Source: the human T2T-CHM13v2.0 reference genome, Homo sapiens. From it: 64,000 nucleotides of DNA. How positions within the stretch are numbered: position 1 is the first letter of the stretch; each line of letters begins with the position of its first letter. The stretch is taken from the NCBI RefSeq assembly GCF_009914755.1, contig NC_060925.1; one strand, given 5' to 3'. This document shows, piece by piece, positions 1-14,700 of this stretch. The notes beneath the pieces were generated by a model. It searched no databases. It worked only from the letters and a program-made list of their open reading frames with translations, and was not told where the DNA came from. A program made the position numbers and the translations under genes.

Positions 1-419
1 GAATGTTTAAAAGAAAAAAAAAGTCAGGATACTCCATCCTTGGATGTTCTAAAGAATCTTTTTCTGGAAAGTGCTTTCTGGGCTCCAACATGCTGGAGCT
101 TAGTCCCCTGCATTAGTGAATACAAGGCAATCCTGGCCCGAGAATTCCCCGTCTAGCCAGGGGATTGGCAACACACAAACAAAGGCTTAAAGAGAAGAAG
201 CAGCATACTAATGAGTGCAGTGTCCGACACTGCGGGCCAGATACTCAAATGCCCAACACACTGAACAAAAGAACCGTCATGGTGAGAAGAGACAGGAAGC
301 ATTCATGCAGTCAGCCAACACATACTTGGTGGGCGCCTGAGTGGTAGGCAGCGTTCTAGGCTCTGGGGATACAGGAGCGGTTCAGACAAAGCAGCCTGGG
401 GTGGTGGAAGAGCCATCAA

Positions 420-900
<481 letters not shown>

Positions 901-984
901 CTCAACAAATGTTATTCATGGTAACATGAGTAGTAATGATACACTACTCTGTATGGAGCTCAACAACTGTTCTTCATGGAAGCT

Positions 985-1180
985 AATTTTGACTGAGATT
1001 TTTACTATGTTCTGAGGACTGTGCTAGTCATATCACATATATTATCTCATTTAATCCTCACAATTTAGCATAATAATTTATGGATGATGAAATTAATCAT
1101 AGTAACTCTGTCCAAGGACATAAAATTATCAAGGTAAGAGTCAATATTCAAATCCTAGTAGTTATCTCTAGAGCTTATGA
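985..1180 (+). mobile_element. MIR
   Basis: attatctcatttaatcctcacaa...gatgaaatt...gtaact...ccaagg MIR consensus-like. Confidence 0.6.
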
Positions 1181-1195
1181 TTGTAAAGATTCAAA

Positions 1196-1490
<295 letters not shown>

Positions 1491-2121
1491 TTATACCACC
1501 TCCCTCATCTTCCCCCATGGTCTCAATCCCACCCCAACTCTCCACCTTCCTTTCCTTTTCTTTGAAGGCAATTTTTAGTCCTTGTTCTAAACGAGAGGAA
1601 GGAAGCAAAAAGAGAGGACTCTGAAGTGTGCTGAGGCCTTTGCAGACCTACCACAGGATTCCTTGATCTCCACTTGCTATTTGTATCCTTCCTTTCATCT
1701 TTCATCTGTTGCTTCCAAGCAGGTCTCCAAATTCTAATTCCTCCAACTCATTTCTTATTTAAATTTCTTAACTTGCAGAACTAGAGTTCCTTGAGTGAAC
1801 CAGTCATTTCATTAATAATTCAATGAATCCCTGCTGCTTCTAACCATGAAGTTCAAGATAGAGTGCTCATGTTAGAAGCATCTAAATTGCAAGTCAACAC
1901 CTATAATTCTTTTATTAAGAATTTGGGTGCATATTCAGTTGGAATCCCTGCTTGTTCTGTACACAGTATCTTAATAACTGCGTACCGTGCATGTCTCTCT
2001 CAATCAGCAGTCACAGGGGTTCTTCCCCGTCTGCAGTTGTAGGGGATAACAGGCTGTCTCTTGGAAATGGAAATGGTCCTCTCTAAGGCTTTCCAAGTGA
2101 ATCTGGAACACACTTCTGAGC

Positions 2122-2254
2122 TGGGGTAATCATATAATTTATTGTCCAAACTTGACACTTTAAAGAGTGAAAGGAAACACTAGTAATAATTATACTGGGA
2201 CAACAGGTCTAAACTGGAGCTTTTCTGGGCAAATCAGAATTCACAGTTACCTTA
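2122..2254. mobile_element. MER94-like hAT-Blackjack DNA transposon
   Basis: ggggtaatcatataatttattgtccaaac...ctgggacaacagg...cagttacctta resembles the MER94 consensus with degenerate TIRs. Confidence 0.7.
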
Positions 2255-2926
2255 CTCAAAATCTATGCTTTAAGTCAAGCCATGCCAAATATGATCTCCA
2301 AATGTAGTGAAAATCCACTCAGACATTTAGCCTGACACAGTTACAGACAAACAGGTAGAATCTACTTTTTCTTTAGATTGTGATGCAATTCATAATATCA
2401 ACCTCGGTCATATTACGTGCCATGCCCACTCATTTTGGCACTTGACTTTTTTTCTTTTAATATAAGTCATGTTTATGTGCCTGACACCATGTTAATCTTT
2501 ACCTGAGTATGGCAAACACACAATATATATATTCAATTGGTTAGAGCAATGATTTCCAAAGTGTGACATGTCCATTACTCAAAAGCCAGGAATAGGGACT
2601 ACCTCAGGTGGGCTCAATTTGGGACACAAATAATAACTCCAGAATCTACCTTCCAGCACCACTGTTTCTGAATCCTGGGTTCCCTTCCCAGCGTTCTCCC
2701 CTTCCTCTCCTGTGGAAGGGTGAGTCTGCTTTATTGATGTTTCAACACTTTATTTTCTGAGCACTTGAGTCACATGGGCCCCAGTTGGCTTGACCTTGGT
2801 GGTATGCCCAACCTTGATCCAATCACTGTGGCCAGAGAATGGAATATGGTGATTGGCTTAGCCAAGGTGAGAGGGATGGAGTCTGCTGGACCCGAAACAT
2901 GGCATGAGAAGCAGACTGTTCCTTAC

Positions 2927-3480
2927 TGTGGCAGATAGACTCATAATACTCATACGAGTGGCTGCCATGAGTCCACCTCCTGGCATTCATGCTCTTGTGC
3001 AATCCCTTCCACTTAAGAATGAACACAGCCTGTGTCTGGCTTCTAACCAATAGAACACAGCAAAGGTGATGGGGTATACATAATTGTTTGAAAATATTGT
3101 AGAACCTGTCTTGCTGAAGTCTTTTTCTTTCCCTTGCTGACTTCATTAAGCAAGCAGCTCTGTTGAGGGCCTGTGTGGGAAGGGACTGAGCATGGCTTCT
3201 AGGACCTCAGGCTGGCCTCCAGACAATAGCCAGTAAGAAAATGAGGCCCTCATTGCAGTGGCCTGCAAGGAACTGAGTTCAGCCAAAGACCATGTTAGTT
3301 TGGAAGAAAATATTTCCCCAGTCAAGCCTCAGATGAGAACACAGCCATAGCCACCATGTCGTAGCCTTGGAGAGGACCCAGTGAAGCTACACCCAGACTC
3401 TTGACCTATGGACTGTGAGATGACAAATATATTGTTGAATCTGTGATAATATTATGACACAGCAACAGGTAACTAATGCA
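2927..3480 (+). mobile_element. MLT1-family (MaLR) solo LTR
   Basis: Starts tgtggcaga, has the typical acaatagccagtaagaaaatgaggccctc...gtcaagcctcagatgaga core and ends cagcaacaggtaactaatgca. Confidence 0.8.
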
Positions 3481-3557
3481 CCGACAAAAGCAAAGACAGA
3501 GTGCTGCTGTCACAGAAACGGGGAATAGATGCTGCATGGCAAAAACAATGTCTACAT

Positions 3558-3850
<293 letters not shown>

Positions 3851-3994
3851 CTACCACAATGAGCAATCTGATTAAATATTTGCCATTCAATCCTGTTGTT
3901 TGCCTAAGTAGACTATAAATGGCAAATTGATCAATAATCCAATTAATTGAATTATAGATTATCAGAAAATAAATTCACTTAACCATCATATTTA

Positions 3995-4371
<377 letters not shown>

Positions 4372-4614
4372 TTATACCAGCCACCTAATAATCATATTTA
4401 AAACTGACTGCAATCAGTATTTCATGGTCCAATAAGATGAAATCAAATCACAGAAAATGAAAAGGGAAATAAGCATAATAAATTCAAAACTAATTAAATA
4501 ATGCTATTTATAAAATTTAACATAGTCCATATTACAGTCTATGCTGACTTGGAATCAGTCACAGTATTTTAAGAAATTATATTTTCAACATTTACATATA
4601 AAAATTCAGAAATT

Positions 4615-4908
4615 GGCTGGGGGTGGTGGCTCATGCCTGTAATGCCAGCACTTTGGGAGGCCGAGGCAGGCAGATCACAAATTCAGGAGATCGAGACCAT
4701 CCTGGCTAACACAGTGAAACCCCGTCTCTACTAAAAATACAAAAAATTAGCCGGGTGTGGTGGCATGTACCTCTAGTCCCAGCTACTTGGAAGGCTGAGA
4801 CAGGGAATCACTTGAACCCGGGAGGCGGAGGTTGCAGTGAGCTAAGATCGCACCACTGCACTCCAGTCTGGGCAACAGAGCAAGACTCTGTCAAAAAAAA
4901 AAAAAAAA
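4615..4908 (+). mobile_element. AluSc/Y
   Basis: gagatcgagaccatcctggctaac; TSD aaaaattcagaaa. Confidence 0.9.
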
Positions 4909-4914
4909 TTCAGA

Positions 4915-5530
4915 AACTATAAATATACTTGATGAATTTTTGAAGTTTGATGAACTTTTAAATGTAAAAATGCTCATATAACCACCACCCAGATTAAGAT
5001 AGAGAACATTCTCAGTAACCCATCAGCTTCCTTCATGTCCCCTCCCAGTCCTTACTCCAACCATTAGTTTCACCCGCTTTTGAAATTTATCTCTAATTAC
5101 AACACACAGCATGTGTGTTGCATCCCTCTTCTCTCACTCAGCATTATGTTTGTGAGATGCATCCATATTTTCGTGTGTAGCAGTAGCTCATTTTCTCTAC
5201 CGAATAGTATTCAACTGCAGGACCATAGCAAATTTATTTATCAATTCTACCACTGATGGACATCTAGGTTGTTTCTAATCTTGGGTTATTTTTAGGAATA
5301 ATGCTGCTGTACACATTCTTATATCATTTTTTAGTGTATTTACTCTTGGGCGTATATTTCAGAGTAGAATTACTGTCATTGGGTATATTTACAGTCAACA
5401 CTGACAAAGAATTTTCGAAGTGTTTGTTCCTATTTACATTCCCACAAGCAGTGTCTGAGTGTTCCAGTTGCTCTGCATCTTCAATAACACCTGGTATTGA
5501 CAGTTTAACATTTTTAACCATTCTAGGATA
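4915..5530 (-). mobile_element. Old L1M (ME-like) 3' fragment
   Basis: accaccacccagattaagatagagaacatt...cattatgtttgtgagatgcatccat...gatggacatctaggttgtt...tttacattcccac. Confidence 0.75.
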
Positions 5531-5776
5531 TATACAGGGAGCTCAGGAACCTGAAGAAAAGGAAAGGCACAGTAGGGGTGTGGTGGAACTGGGCAGCACA
5601 GAAGTCCAGTAATCATAACCCCCAACCCAGGCTGGTTCAAGTGCTGGCGATGGTCAGCACGGTCACTAAACGGATGCAAATCCCCAAGGGAGAGCCTGGA
5701 GGAGTTCAGCTCTCTCCACCTCAGTGTCTGAGGACAGGGCAGGCTCTGAGCTTTTGGGGGAGAAATGGAAAGTTAA

Positions 5777-6442
<666 letters not shown>

Positions 6443-6689
6443 TAGAGGGTCTTGACTGCTCCTCTTTGAAAAGAGGCAAGTGCTCACTTGACCCTTCATC
6501 CCTCACCTACAGCACAGTCATCTGTACCTCCCTCACCTTCCAGCAAACAGGCACCATGCTGCACAGGGGCAAAGACACAAATATGACATGCTCCTGGTTT
6601 GCAAAACATTTGCTTTTCCTATTCCTTCCGCCAGTCCGAGGTGAAATGTTGGACCTGGCCTTCAGATCGTCCCCTCCCGTATCCTCCAG

Positions 6690-7330
6690 GACCTTGTTCC
6701 ATTAATCATCTCCACCACCATGCACTTTTATTTCTAAGCTCTCCTTTTTAACTGGTTCTCCCCTTCATCATAAAAACAGGCTCAAGAATTTCCTCCCCTA
6801 TTTATTTTTAAAGCGTTTTCTTAGTCCACAACCCCCTCTCTAGTAACCTTCCATGCTCACTTCTAACTCTTGAAATAACTAGTCTCCCATTCCCAGCTCC
6901 TTCCTTTGCAATCTGATCTCTACCCCACTATGGCTTTCAATGGTCGCCGCTTTGGAGAAGCTGTTAAACCTAAAGGACGCCCTCCAGGCCTATCTGAATT
7001 AAAGAAGATAGGGGAATACCTCTTTCTGTAGTACTAGACACTTTTCACCACTCTCTTTTCTTTGAAACACTTGTCCTTGGTCTCCATGTTACTTTCCAGG
7101 CTCATACCTTTTTTAGATTGCTTTTTGGGTTCCTCCTTCTCCAGCCCCATAAACATCCGTATTCACCAAGGCTCTGCCCAAGGCTGCGTCCTCTTACTCT
7201 TGACACACACTCCCCTTGGTGAACACATCCACACTCACAGCTTTAACTACTAAACTACATGCTGATTACTTTCCAAATGCATTCCCAGGCTAGAACTTTC
7301 TGGAGAACTGAGACCTTACAGTGAGTGGGG
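6690..7330 (+). mobile_element. L2 fragment (diverged)
   Basis: Pyrimidine-rich L2-like motifs (gcaatctgatctctacccc, catccacactcacagctttaactac...atgctgattact). Confidence 0.55.
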
Positions 7331-7692
7331 TCACATCATATCAGTATCTGACTTAAGTGAATTCAAATATACTCATTCAGTAATTTTCTTTTAAACAAGA
7401 TAAATAAAACAATAGAAATAGCCCAGGTCATTCCACAAAATGAGGACTGTAGTGAATGTGGCTGTGATTTCCTAAATGCCTCGCATTTCCTAAATGCCTC
7501 TGGGACTTTGAGCACAAGTAAGTGGAGAGTTTCAAGAGACTCCTGGCCCCAAAACATAAGCCAACTACTTCACCTCATGCTCAACTGAAAAAAAAAAAAA
7601 AAAGCCACAGTCTGTTCCAACGCTGGAGCAAAAGGTACCATTCTTACATATGAATTTCATGCTTCAACCCAGCACCATCATAAGAATTTTTG

Positions 7693-8732
7693 GTTCCGTT
7701 GGATCCCGGCAGCAGCTGCAGCAATTCTCCTCTTCTGGGGCTCTCCGTGCCATCCCCTTCTTACTTCCAGGAACACGGCATCAGGTGTGGCTTTCTGATG
7801 GCATCATCAAGGTGCTCAGTGAGGCCAGGTGTGGTGGCTCATGCCTGTAATCCTAGCATTTTGGGAGGCTGAGGTGGGTGGATCACCTGAGGTCAGGAGT
7901 TCGAGACGAGCCTGGCCAATATGGTGAAACCCCATCTCTACTAAAAGTACAAAAATTAGCCGGGCATGATGGCACATGCCTGTAATCCCAGCTACTCAGG
8001 AGGCTGGAGGTGCTTGAACCTGGGAGGTGGAGGTTGCAGTGAGCCAAGAGCGTGCCATTGCACTCCAGCCTGGATGGCAGAGCAAGACTCAGTCTCAAAA
8101 AAAAAAAAAGAAAAAAGAAAAAAAAAGGTGTTCAATGACATGATGATAAGAAGGAGCACAAGTTTTCAACAGCAGAGGAGGTGAAGACGCATAAGAAGGT
8201 GGTGCTCTTCTGCCTGAGTGGGGACGAGAACATCATCGTTGAGGAGGGCAGGGGGACCCTGGCAGGTGAAGTGGGGCAGGCTGTTGACAACTCCTACACC
8301 GTGGTTGTCAAGGTCAAGATGCTGCCAGCCAAGGACTGCCACTATGTCCTCTGTGACGCAACCTATGAGACCAAAGGGAGCCAAGAGGAGGATCTAGTGT
8401 TTATCTTCTGAGCCCCTCAGTCTGCACCCCTAAGAGTAGAATGATCTATGGCAGCTCCAAGGATACCATCAAGAAGAAGCTGACAGGGATCCTGCATGAA
8501 TTACCAGCAAATGGCTACAGGAGGTCAAGGACCTCTGCACCCAGGTGGACAAGCTAGGGGCAGCACTGTCATCTCCTGCAGGGCAACCCTTGGTGAGTCC
8601 CCTCCGGCCTCCTGCCTGGAGCACCTGGCAGCCCCAGACCTGCTCTTGGGGATTGCAGGCTGCCCCCTTCCTGCCAGATGGGAGGGGCTGGAGGGCTTCC
8701 AGCAGAGGGAGGGCAATCCCTTCACCGCAGTT
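7693..8732 (+). pseudogene. CFL1P2: Processed (intronless) cofilin-1 pseudogene, interrupted by an AluS at 7823-8126
   Basis: Colinear with CFL1 mRNA: 5'UTR (ggatcccggcagcagctgcagc...), start codon mutated to ACG (7775-7777), ORF 8181-8411 reads KKVVLFCLSGDENIIVEEG...KMLPAKDCHYVLCDATYETKGSQEEDLVFIF (cf. cofilin KKAVLFCLSEDKKNIILEEG...[32 protein letters not shown]), Trp codon changed to TGA at 8409-8411, native stop at 8594-8596, 3'UTR to about 8732; several frameshifts; no introns. The CFL1 origin is secure; the paralog number P2 is recalled, not verified. Confidence 0.95.
7823..8126 (+). mobile_element. AluSx/Sz inserted in the CFL1 pseudogene coding sequence
   Basis: TSD aaggtgctcagtga (7809-7822) / aaggtgttcaatga (8125-8138), both CFL1-derived. 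Confidence 0.95.
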
Positions 8733-9989
8733 AACCTAAGTTAGGAGTTAACCGAGTAAATGAGTTTGAGTAAGATTATTGTAGCTCCCACTACAGCAAC
8801 AGACACCTTTTTTGTGCTCAATGAATGTTATTGAATTAAGTTGAAGCAATATACAGAAAGATTTCGAGGGATGGAAAAGCACACAGTTTGGCAGAAAATA
8901 CCAAGAAACTTCAATATCATGGAGGTGTGAAATGTGAGGTGGGGATTAGGGAAGCAAGGGGGCAGGAAAGAGGTGGCTGAAGGTGGTCTGGACAGGTGAG
9001 CAGGGCCTGCTTACCACATATATCCCCATGCTGGGCTATGACATCTGTATCACCAGAATACAGGGCCTATGTGCTAAGCTAAGGACTGGAAATGTCATTC
9101 TAGAATTTCTGGGAAGATTTGCAGTGTTTCAAGAAAGAAGGTGACAAGATAAGATTTACACTTTAGAATGCCTGCCACTGGGTAGAGAAGAGATTAATAT
9201 GGAAAGAGAATACGGACAAGGAGACCCTTTAGGAAGTTGATGAGAAGCGACCTCTACTTGGAGGAAAAATAAAGACACAGCTGTTAAATCCTTAAGGCAG
9301 TTTTAAGGAAAATAGCCTTAAATTAAAACCCTTAAATAACATGTCCAGTAAACTGAGGATTTGCTGCTTTGCCAAGATTAATATCATAAAGTATGTATTC
9401 CTTCAACTCCTCTTCATGTTACATTGTCGCCATATCTTAATACATTATTTTCTCCATTCATGTGTCTGAATAAATACCCTTTTCTCTTTCCCAAGCCCCA
9501 ACCTCTCTGAGCTCTTCTCCCAGCCCTCCTGCTGATCCTGAGATAGGATTTCTGCAGTGAATTTTCTTTCTTTGATACCATCTTCCTCCCTCTTCCCTGA
9601 CTTCCCTTTGTTTAAAAGCATGAATGTTCATATATACTCTGAGCTGAATTTTTTTCTTCTTGAGCCTTCTAGAGCCAGTGTTCAGCCGGCCTTGAGCCTG
9701 GTCCCTTACGCCTTTTCCTACCAGCCTTTCTTTCTTCCTGCCTAATCTCACAAAAGAGCAACTCACACATAGTGCCCACCACCCACTTCCTCCCTAATTA
9801 GCCATGTAATCTGGTCTTGACGCTCCAGGAATCTGTCCTCCCGAAGGCCCTTACATCCTAGCAGGATAAAGCATGTGCAAAACAACACGCCCCAAGGCAG
9901 TGGCGAAACAGTGCAAAGAAAGGCCGGAGAAAAAGGAGGCAGGAACACAAGAAGGAGTTGGCGTATGACCTGCGCCTTGGAAGAAGGGC

Positions 9990-10380
9990 CACCTGGTTCT
10001 CACAGGCGACAGAAAGCTAACTCAAATTAATTTAGGCAAAAAAGGGGAATGTATTGTCCCCAGCAGAAGAGAAATCCAAGGAAGTATCTCAGGGTTTCAC
10101 TGATGCCTATCAGGGCACATTCCTGAAATCCCTTGACCCCTTGGCCCTGCTCCCGCGTTGAGTTTGCTCTCTGACAGGTTTTTGCCATGCTGTAGAATAA
10201 ATGGTTGTGGCAGCTCCAGACTCACACAGCCTCAGAGCTGACGGTCATGGTCTCTCTCTAGGTGCCCACATCAACCCCGGAAAAAGGCTGGCTGCTCAGC
10301 TTAGCTCACATGCTTCCTCCACAGCTTCCAAAAAAAGGAGAGGGTGTGACACTGACGGAATAACCAGCAAGTACGATAGG
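9990..10380 (-). mobile_element. Old MLT1 (J/K/L-like) LTR fragment
   Basis: gacagaaagctaactcaaattaatttaggcaaaaaaggggaatgtattg and atggttgtggcagctccagactcaca motifs. Confidence 0.55.
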
Positions 10381-10950
10381 ATTTTAGCAAGAGAATACTT
10401 GGAGGGAATTGAGGGACACAGATGGTGATTGACAGGGTGTATTTGGGGGAGAATATGCATTCCCATGCATGGGGAGAAGGATACGAAGAGAAGTTGTTAT
10501 TGAAAAAGACGTTGGGAATGAAACTGAGGCCTAGAATGTCATTCTAAAGTTGTGTGTGTGATTTTTTTTTTCCCTTGCCAGAAGTGGGGAGATTGTTTAT
10601 TTTTAGGCATCGGACACACATTGATGGCTATTAAGCAGGACAATGACCAAGTGTAACTGAGGTTTAGAAAAAAGTTGATGGCAGTATCAAGTCAAATGGA
10701 TAGAGGAAGAAATTCCTGAAAGAACAAGGAACCACAGGTCATGACAGTAACCTTCCTAGACTGCTATAGGTAGAAGGGTCATCTCTTACGGAGGCACAAT
10801 GATGCCTTCTCAAATAGGAAAAGGGGTAACTACTTGTGGAAAGACAGTAGGGTAAGATAGCAGAATCCTGATCCTGAAGATTTATGGTTAAGGATGATGG
10901 GGAAAGATAGTTTCTAGTAATATAATCCTCCTAGCACATCAGTGCAGTCA

Positions 10951-11299
<349 letters not shown>

Positions 11300-11699
11300 T
11301 ACTTCTATATCGGTTGGTAAATAGTCGATACCCTAACATGCCCTCCCATGGTCATTGCCTCCTTAACCCCAATCCCAGGACCAGGAGACTTCATGTTCCA
11401 GCAACGACAGCATTGAGCCTGATGGTGGGGAGTTGTGGTGGTGGGGTGGTGGGGTGGGGGATGGAATTCAGAACCTGCTGCATTATACCATGGCCCATGT
11501 CCTGTGCGCAGACTGGTTGATGCCTGCACCATATTGATTGTTCAATATTTGGGATCTAAGTCCTAGGTGAGAGCAGACCTCTTGTGGAGAAAAATTCCTA
11601 AACTATTTCCCAAAACCTGTAAAGTGTTAGGAAGGCTGGGCCACCAAAGAGTAGTTGATGGATGAGGAGCTACATATTCATGAATGGGCCACAGACCCT

Positions 11700-12860
11700 T
11701 GTGATGTGTGATTTATGTATGAAATATGTATTTGGTTCTTGTCCCAGTTTCCTGGCACACAGCTCCTAAAACTCTTGGAATCTCCAAAGGGATAAGTATT
11801 TTTGTATGCTAATGAGATGACTGATGGTTGGGGGCTCTGGTAGCCTCCCAAAGGGGGCTGGTTGCCAAGGGAACCAACCATGTGATTGGATGGTTGGAAC
11901 TTCTATCTCCACCCCACCTTCACCTCCAGGGAGGGGGAGAGAGAGGGCTGATGGCTGAGTTATTCACTAATGGCCAATGATGTAATCAATTGTGTCTTTG
12001 TAGTGAAGCCTCTGTAAAAACTCAAAGGACAGGGCTAGGAGAGCTTCTGGGGTCCTGGATGTGTGGAGGTGTCTGGAGGGTGGTGCACCTGGTAGCACAT
12101 GGAAGGAAACTCTGTGCTCCTCCCCACCTGCCTTGCCCTATGCATCTCCTCATCTGGCTGCTCATCTGCATCCTTTATTAATATAACAAACCAGTAAATG
12201 TGAGTAACTGTTTCCCTGAGTTGTGAGCCATCCTAGCTAATTAATGGAACCTGAGAAAGGGGTCCTGGTAACTTGATTTATAGCCGGTAGATTGGAAGCA
12301 TAGGTGGGCCAGGCACAATGGCTCATACCTGTAATCCCAGCACTTTGGGAGGCCAAGGTGGGTGCTGAGTTCCGGGAGTTTGTGACCAGCCTGGGCAATG
12401 TAGCAAGACCCCCATCTATATAAAAAATAAAACATTAGCCAGGCATGGTGGCACGTACCTGTGGTCCTAGTTACTCAGGAGGCTGAGGTGGGAAGATCGC
12501 TTGAGCCCAGGAGATCGAGGCTGCAGTGAGCCAACGCTGCACTCATCCTGGGCAACAGAGTAAGACCCTGTCTCAAAAACACAAAAACAAACAAACGAAC
12601 CCAGAAGTACAGGTGACAACATGCTATGGACTTGCAATTGGCATCTGAAATAGGAGCAGTCTGTGGGACTGAGCCCTTAACCTGCAGGATCTGACTCTAA
12701 CTCCAGAATTAAATTGAATCATAGGACAGCCCATTGGTGTCCGCTGGAGAATTGCTTGGTTTGCAGGGGAAAAAAACCCACACATTTTGTTGACTGGGGA
12801 GCTCTGTGCTGTGGGGAGTGTGAGTAGGAAAACACTTCGGTTTTCACTAGCTCTTATACC
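11700..12860 (+). mobile_element. MER21-like (ERVL) solo LTR, interrupted by an AluJ
   Basis: ttcctggcacacagctcctaaaactcttggaatctcc...ggaaccaaccatgtgatt...ggcatctgaa...ctgtgggactgagcccttaacctg resembles MER21. Confidence 0.75.
12307..12600 (+). mobile_element. AluJ within the MER21 LTR
   Basis: J diagnostics; TSD gaagcataggtg / gaagtacaggtg. Confidence 0.88.
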
Positions 12861-13450
12861 CTTCTGTGGAGCTCACTGTCTGTGGCAGTCAGACTTCGCA
12901 TTATTGTTCATTTTTAGCTGGGACTAGGATCCTCACCAGCCAATTTCATGCTGGGAAATTATCAGCATTATCTGTCATCATTCTATTTATCTTTTACCCT
13001 GCCCTAGGAAACCATGATATTTAAGCAAAAGTAAACATAAAAAAGGAAGATGAGCAGCTAACTCGGATTTGCCACTGGATTATTCTACATTTAACCAAAT
13101 CACAAAAGAGATTAGAGAGCTTCCGTCTGACCCAGAAAAAGTACAAAACCAAAGTGGAGAGTGACAGTATCATCTATTTATAACCATCATCTTTAGAGAT
13201 ACTGAATTTTGTGAAAGGCCAAATGTTTTAGGAAAAAGCCAAGGATGGCAAGAAGCAAATGAATATAAGTGGCTTCTGCCTGCTTTGCCTGTTCATTTAG
13301 CCAAGTATTCTGAATGAATTTTGACCTCAAGGAAACATCTTAGGCTTATAATATTCAGTCCAGAAATATAAACATTCTTTAACCCAAGTCTCATAATTGA
13401 TATTTTGTGGTGCATTTTTATTTTTAGAAAGGCTTTTAAAGGATAAGAGA

Positions 13451-13748
13451 AGCCAGGTATGGTGGCTCATGCCTATAGTCCCAACACTTTGGGAGGTCGA
13501 GATGGGAGAAGCGCTTGAGTCCAGAGGTTCGAGATCAGCCTGGGCAACAAAGTGAGACATTGTCTCTACAAAAAAATAAAAAATAAAAATTAGGCATGGT
13601 GTTGTGTGCCTATACTCCCAGCTACTCAGGAGGCTGAGGTGAGATGATTGCTTGAGCCCAGAGGTTGAGGATGCAGTGAGCTGTGATTGTGCTACTGCAC
13701 TCCAGCCTGGGCAATGGAGTAAGACCACATCTCAAAAAAAAAAAAAAA
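13451..13748 (+). mobile_element. AluJ
   Basis: J diagnostics; TSD gataagagaa. Confidence 0.9.
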
Positions 13749-13789
13749 GATAAGAGAAAAACAGGTCAGTGGTGACTCACTAAGGTAAG

Positions 13790-14352
13790 CAGTATAGCCA
13801 TGTGACTCACCATTTCCACTTCTAGATCTATACTCAAAAGAATTAAAAACAGGTCTTCAAATAAAAACGTGTACATGAAACATTCATGGTAACACTATTC
13901 ATAATTGCCAAAAGGTGGAAACAACTCAAATGTCCATCAACTGATGATGGGATAAACTAAAGGTAATATCCCCACAAAATGGAATATTATTCAGCCATAA
14001 AAAGGAATGAAATGCTGATATGTGCTACAATGTGGATGAACTGTGAAAACAGTATACTAAGTGAAAGAAGCCAGTCACAAAAGGCCACATATTGTTCAAT
14101 TCCATTTGTTTGAAACTTCCAGAATAGGCGAATCCACGTAGAGAGCAAAGCTGGAGGGAGGAGAAAAACAGGGAGGACTGCTCAATAGGTGTGGGGTTTC
14201 CGTTTGGGGTGATAAAACTACTCTGTAATTAGATTGTGGTGATGATTGCACAGCATTGTGAATGTAGTAAATGCCACTGAATTGTACACTTTAACATGGT
14301 AAAATTGGTACATTTTATGTTTTATGTTGTACCACAATAAAAAAAAAAAAAA
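13790..14352 (+). mobile_element. L1MB-like 3' end with A-tail
   Basis: aaatgtccatcaactgatga...ggaatattattcagccataaaaaggaatgaa...ctaagtgaaagaagccagtcacaaaag...accacaataaaaaa. Confidence 0.85.
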
Positions 14353-14354
14353 TT

Positions 14355-14700
14355 GGCCAGGCGCGGCGCTCACACCTGTAATCCCAACATTTTGGGAGGC
14401 CGAGACAGGCAGATCATGAGGTCAGGAGTTCAAGACCAGCCTGACCAACATGGTGAAACTCCCTCTCTACTAAAAATATAAAATTATCTGGGCGTGGTGG
14501 CGCGCACCTGTAGTTCCAACTACTCAGGAGGCTGAGGCAGGAGAATCGCTTGAATCTGTGGGGTGGAGGTTGCAGCGAGCCGAGATTGCACCACTCTACT
14601 CCAGCCTGGGTGACAGAGCGAGACTCCGTCGCAAAAAAAAAAAAAAAAAGAAAAAAAAGAAAAAGAAAAGAAAAGAAAAAAAAGAAAGAAAAGAAAAAAA
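14355..14700 (+). mobile_element. AluSg-like with a long A/GAAAA tail
   Basis: Full Alu. Confidence 0.92.

Noticed and set aside
1685-1725. Plus-strand acceptor-like tract ending aagcag|
   Set aside because: No paired donor or clear poly(A) signal was identified; isolated acceptors are common by chance.
7467-7500. 18-bp-period tandem duplication tttcctaaatgcctc
   Set aside because: Ordinary slippage-scale duplication with no functional cue.
8181-8411. 76-aa cofilin-like ORF as a functional CDS
   Set aside because: GTG start, native ATG lost, upstream frameshift and Alu insertion, and a premature TGA; it is a pseudogene fragment.
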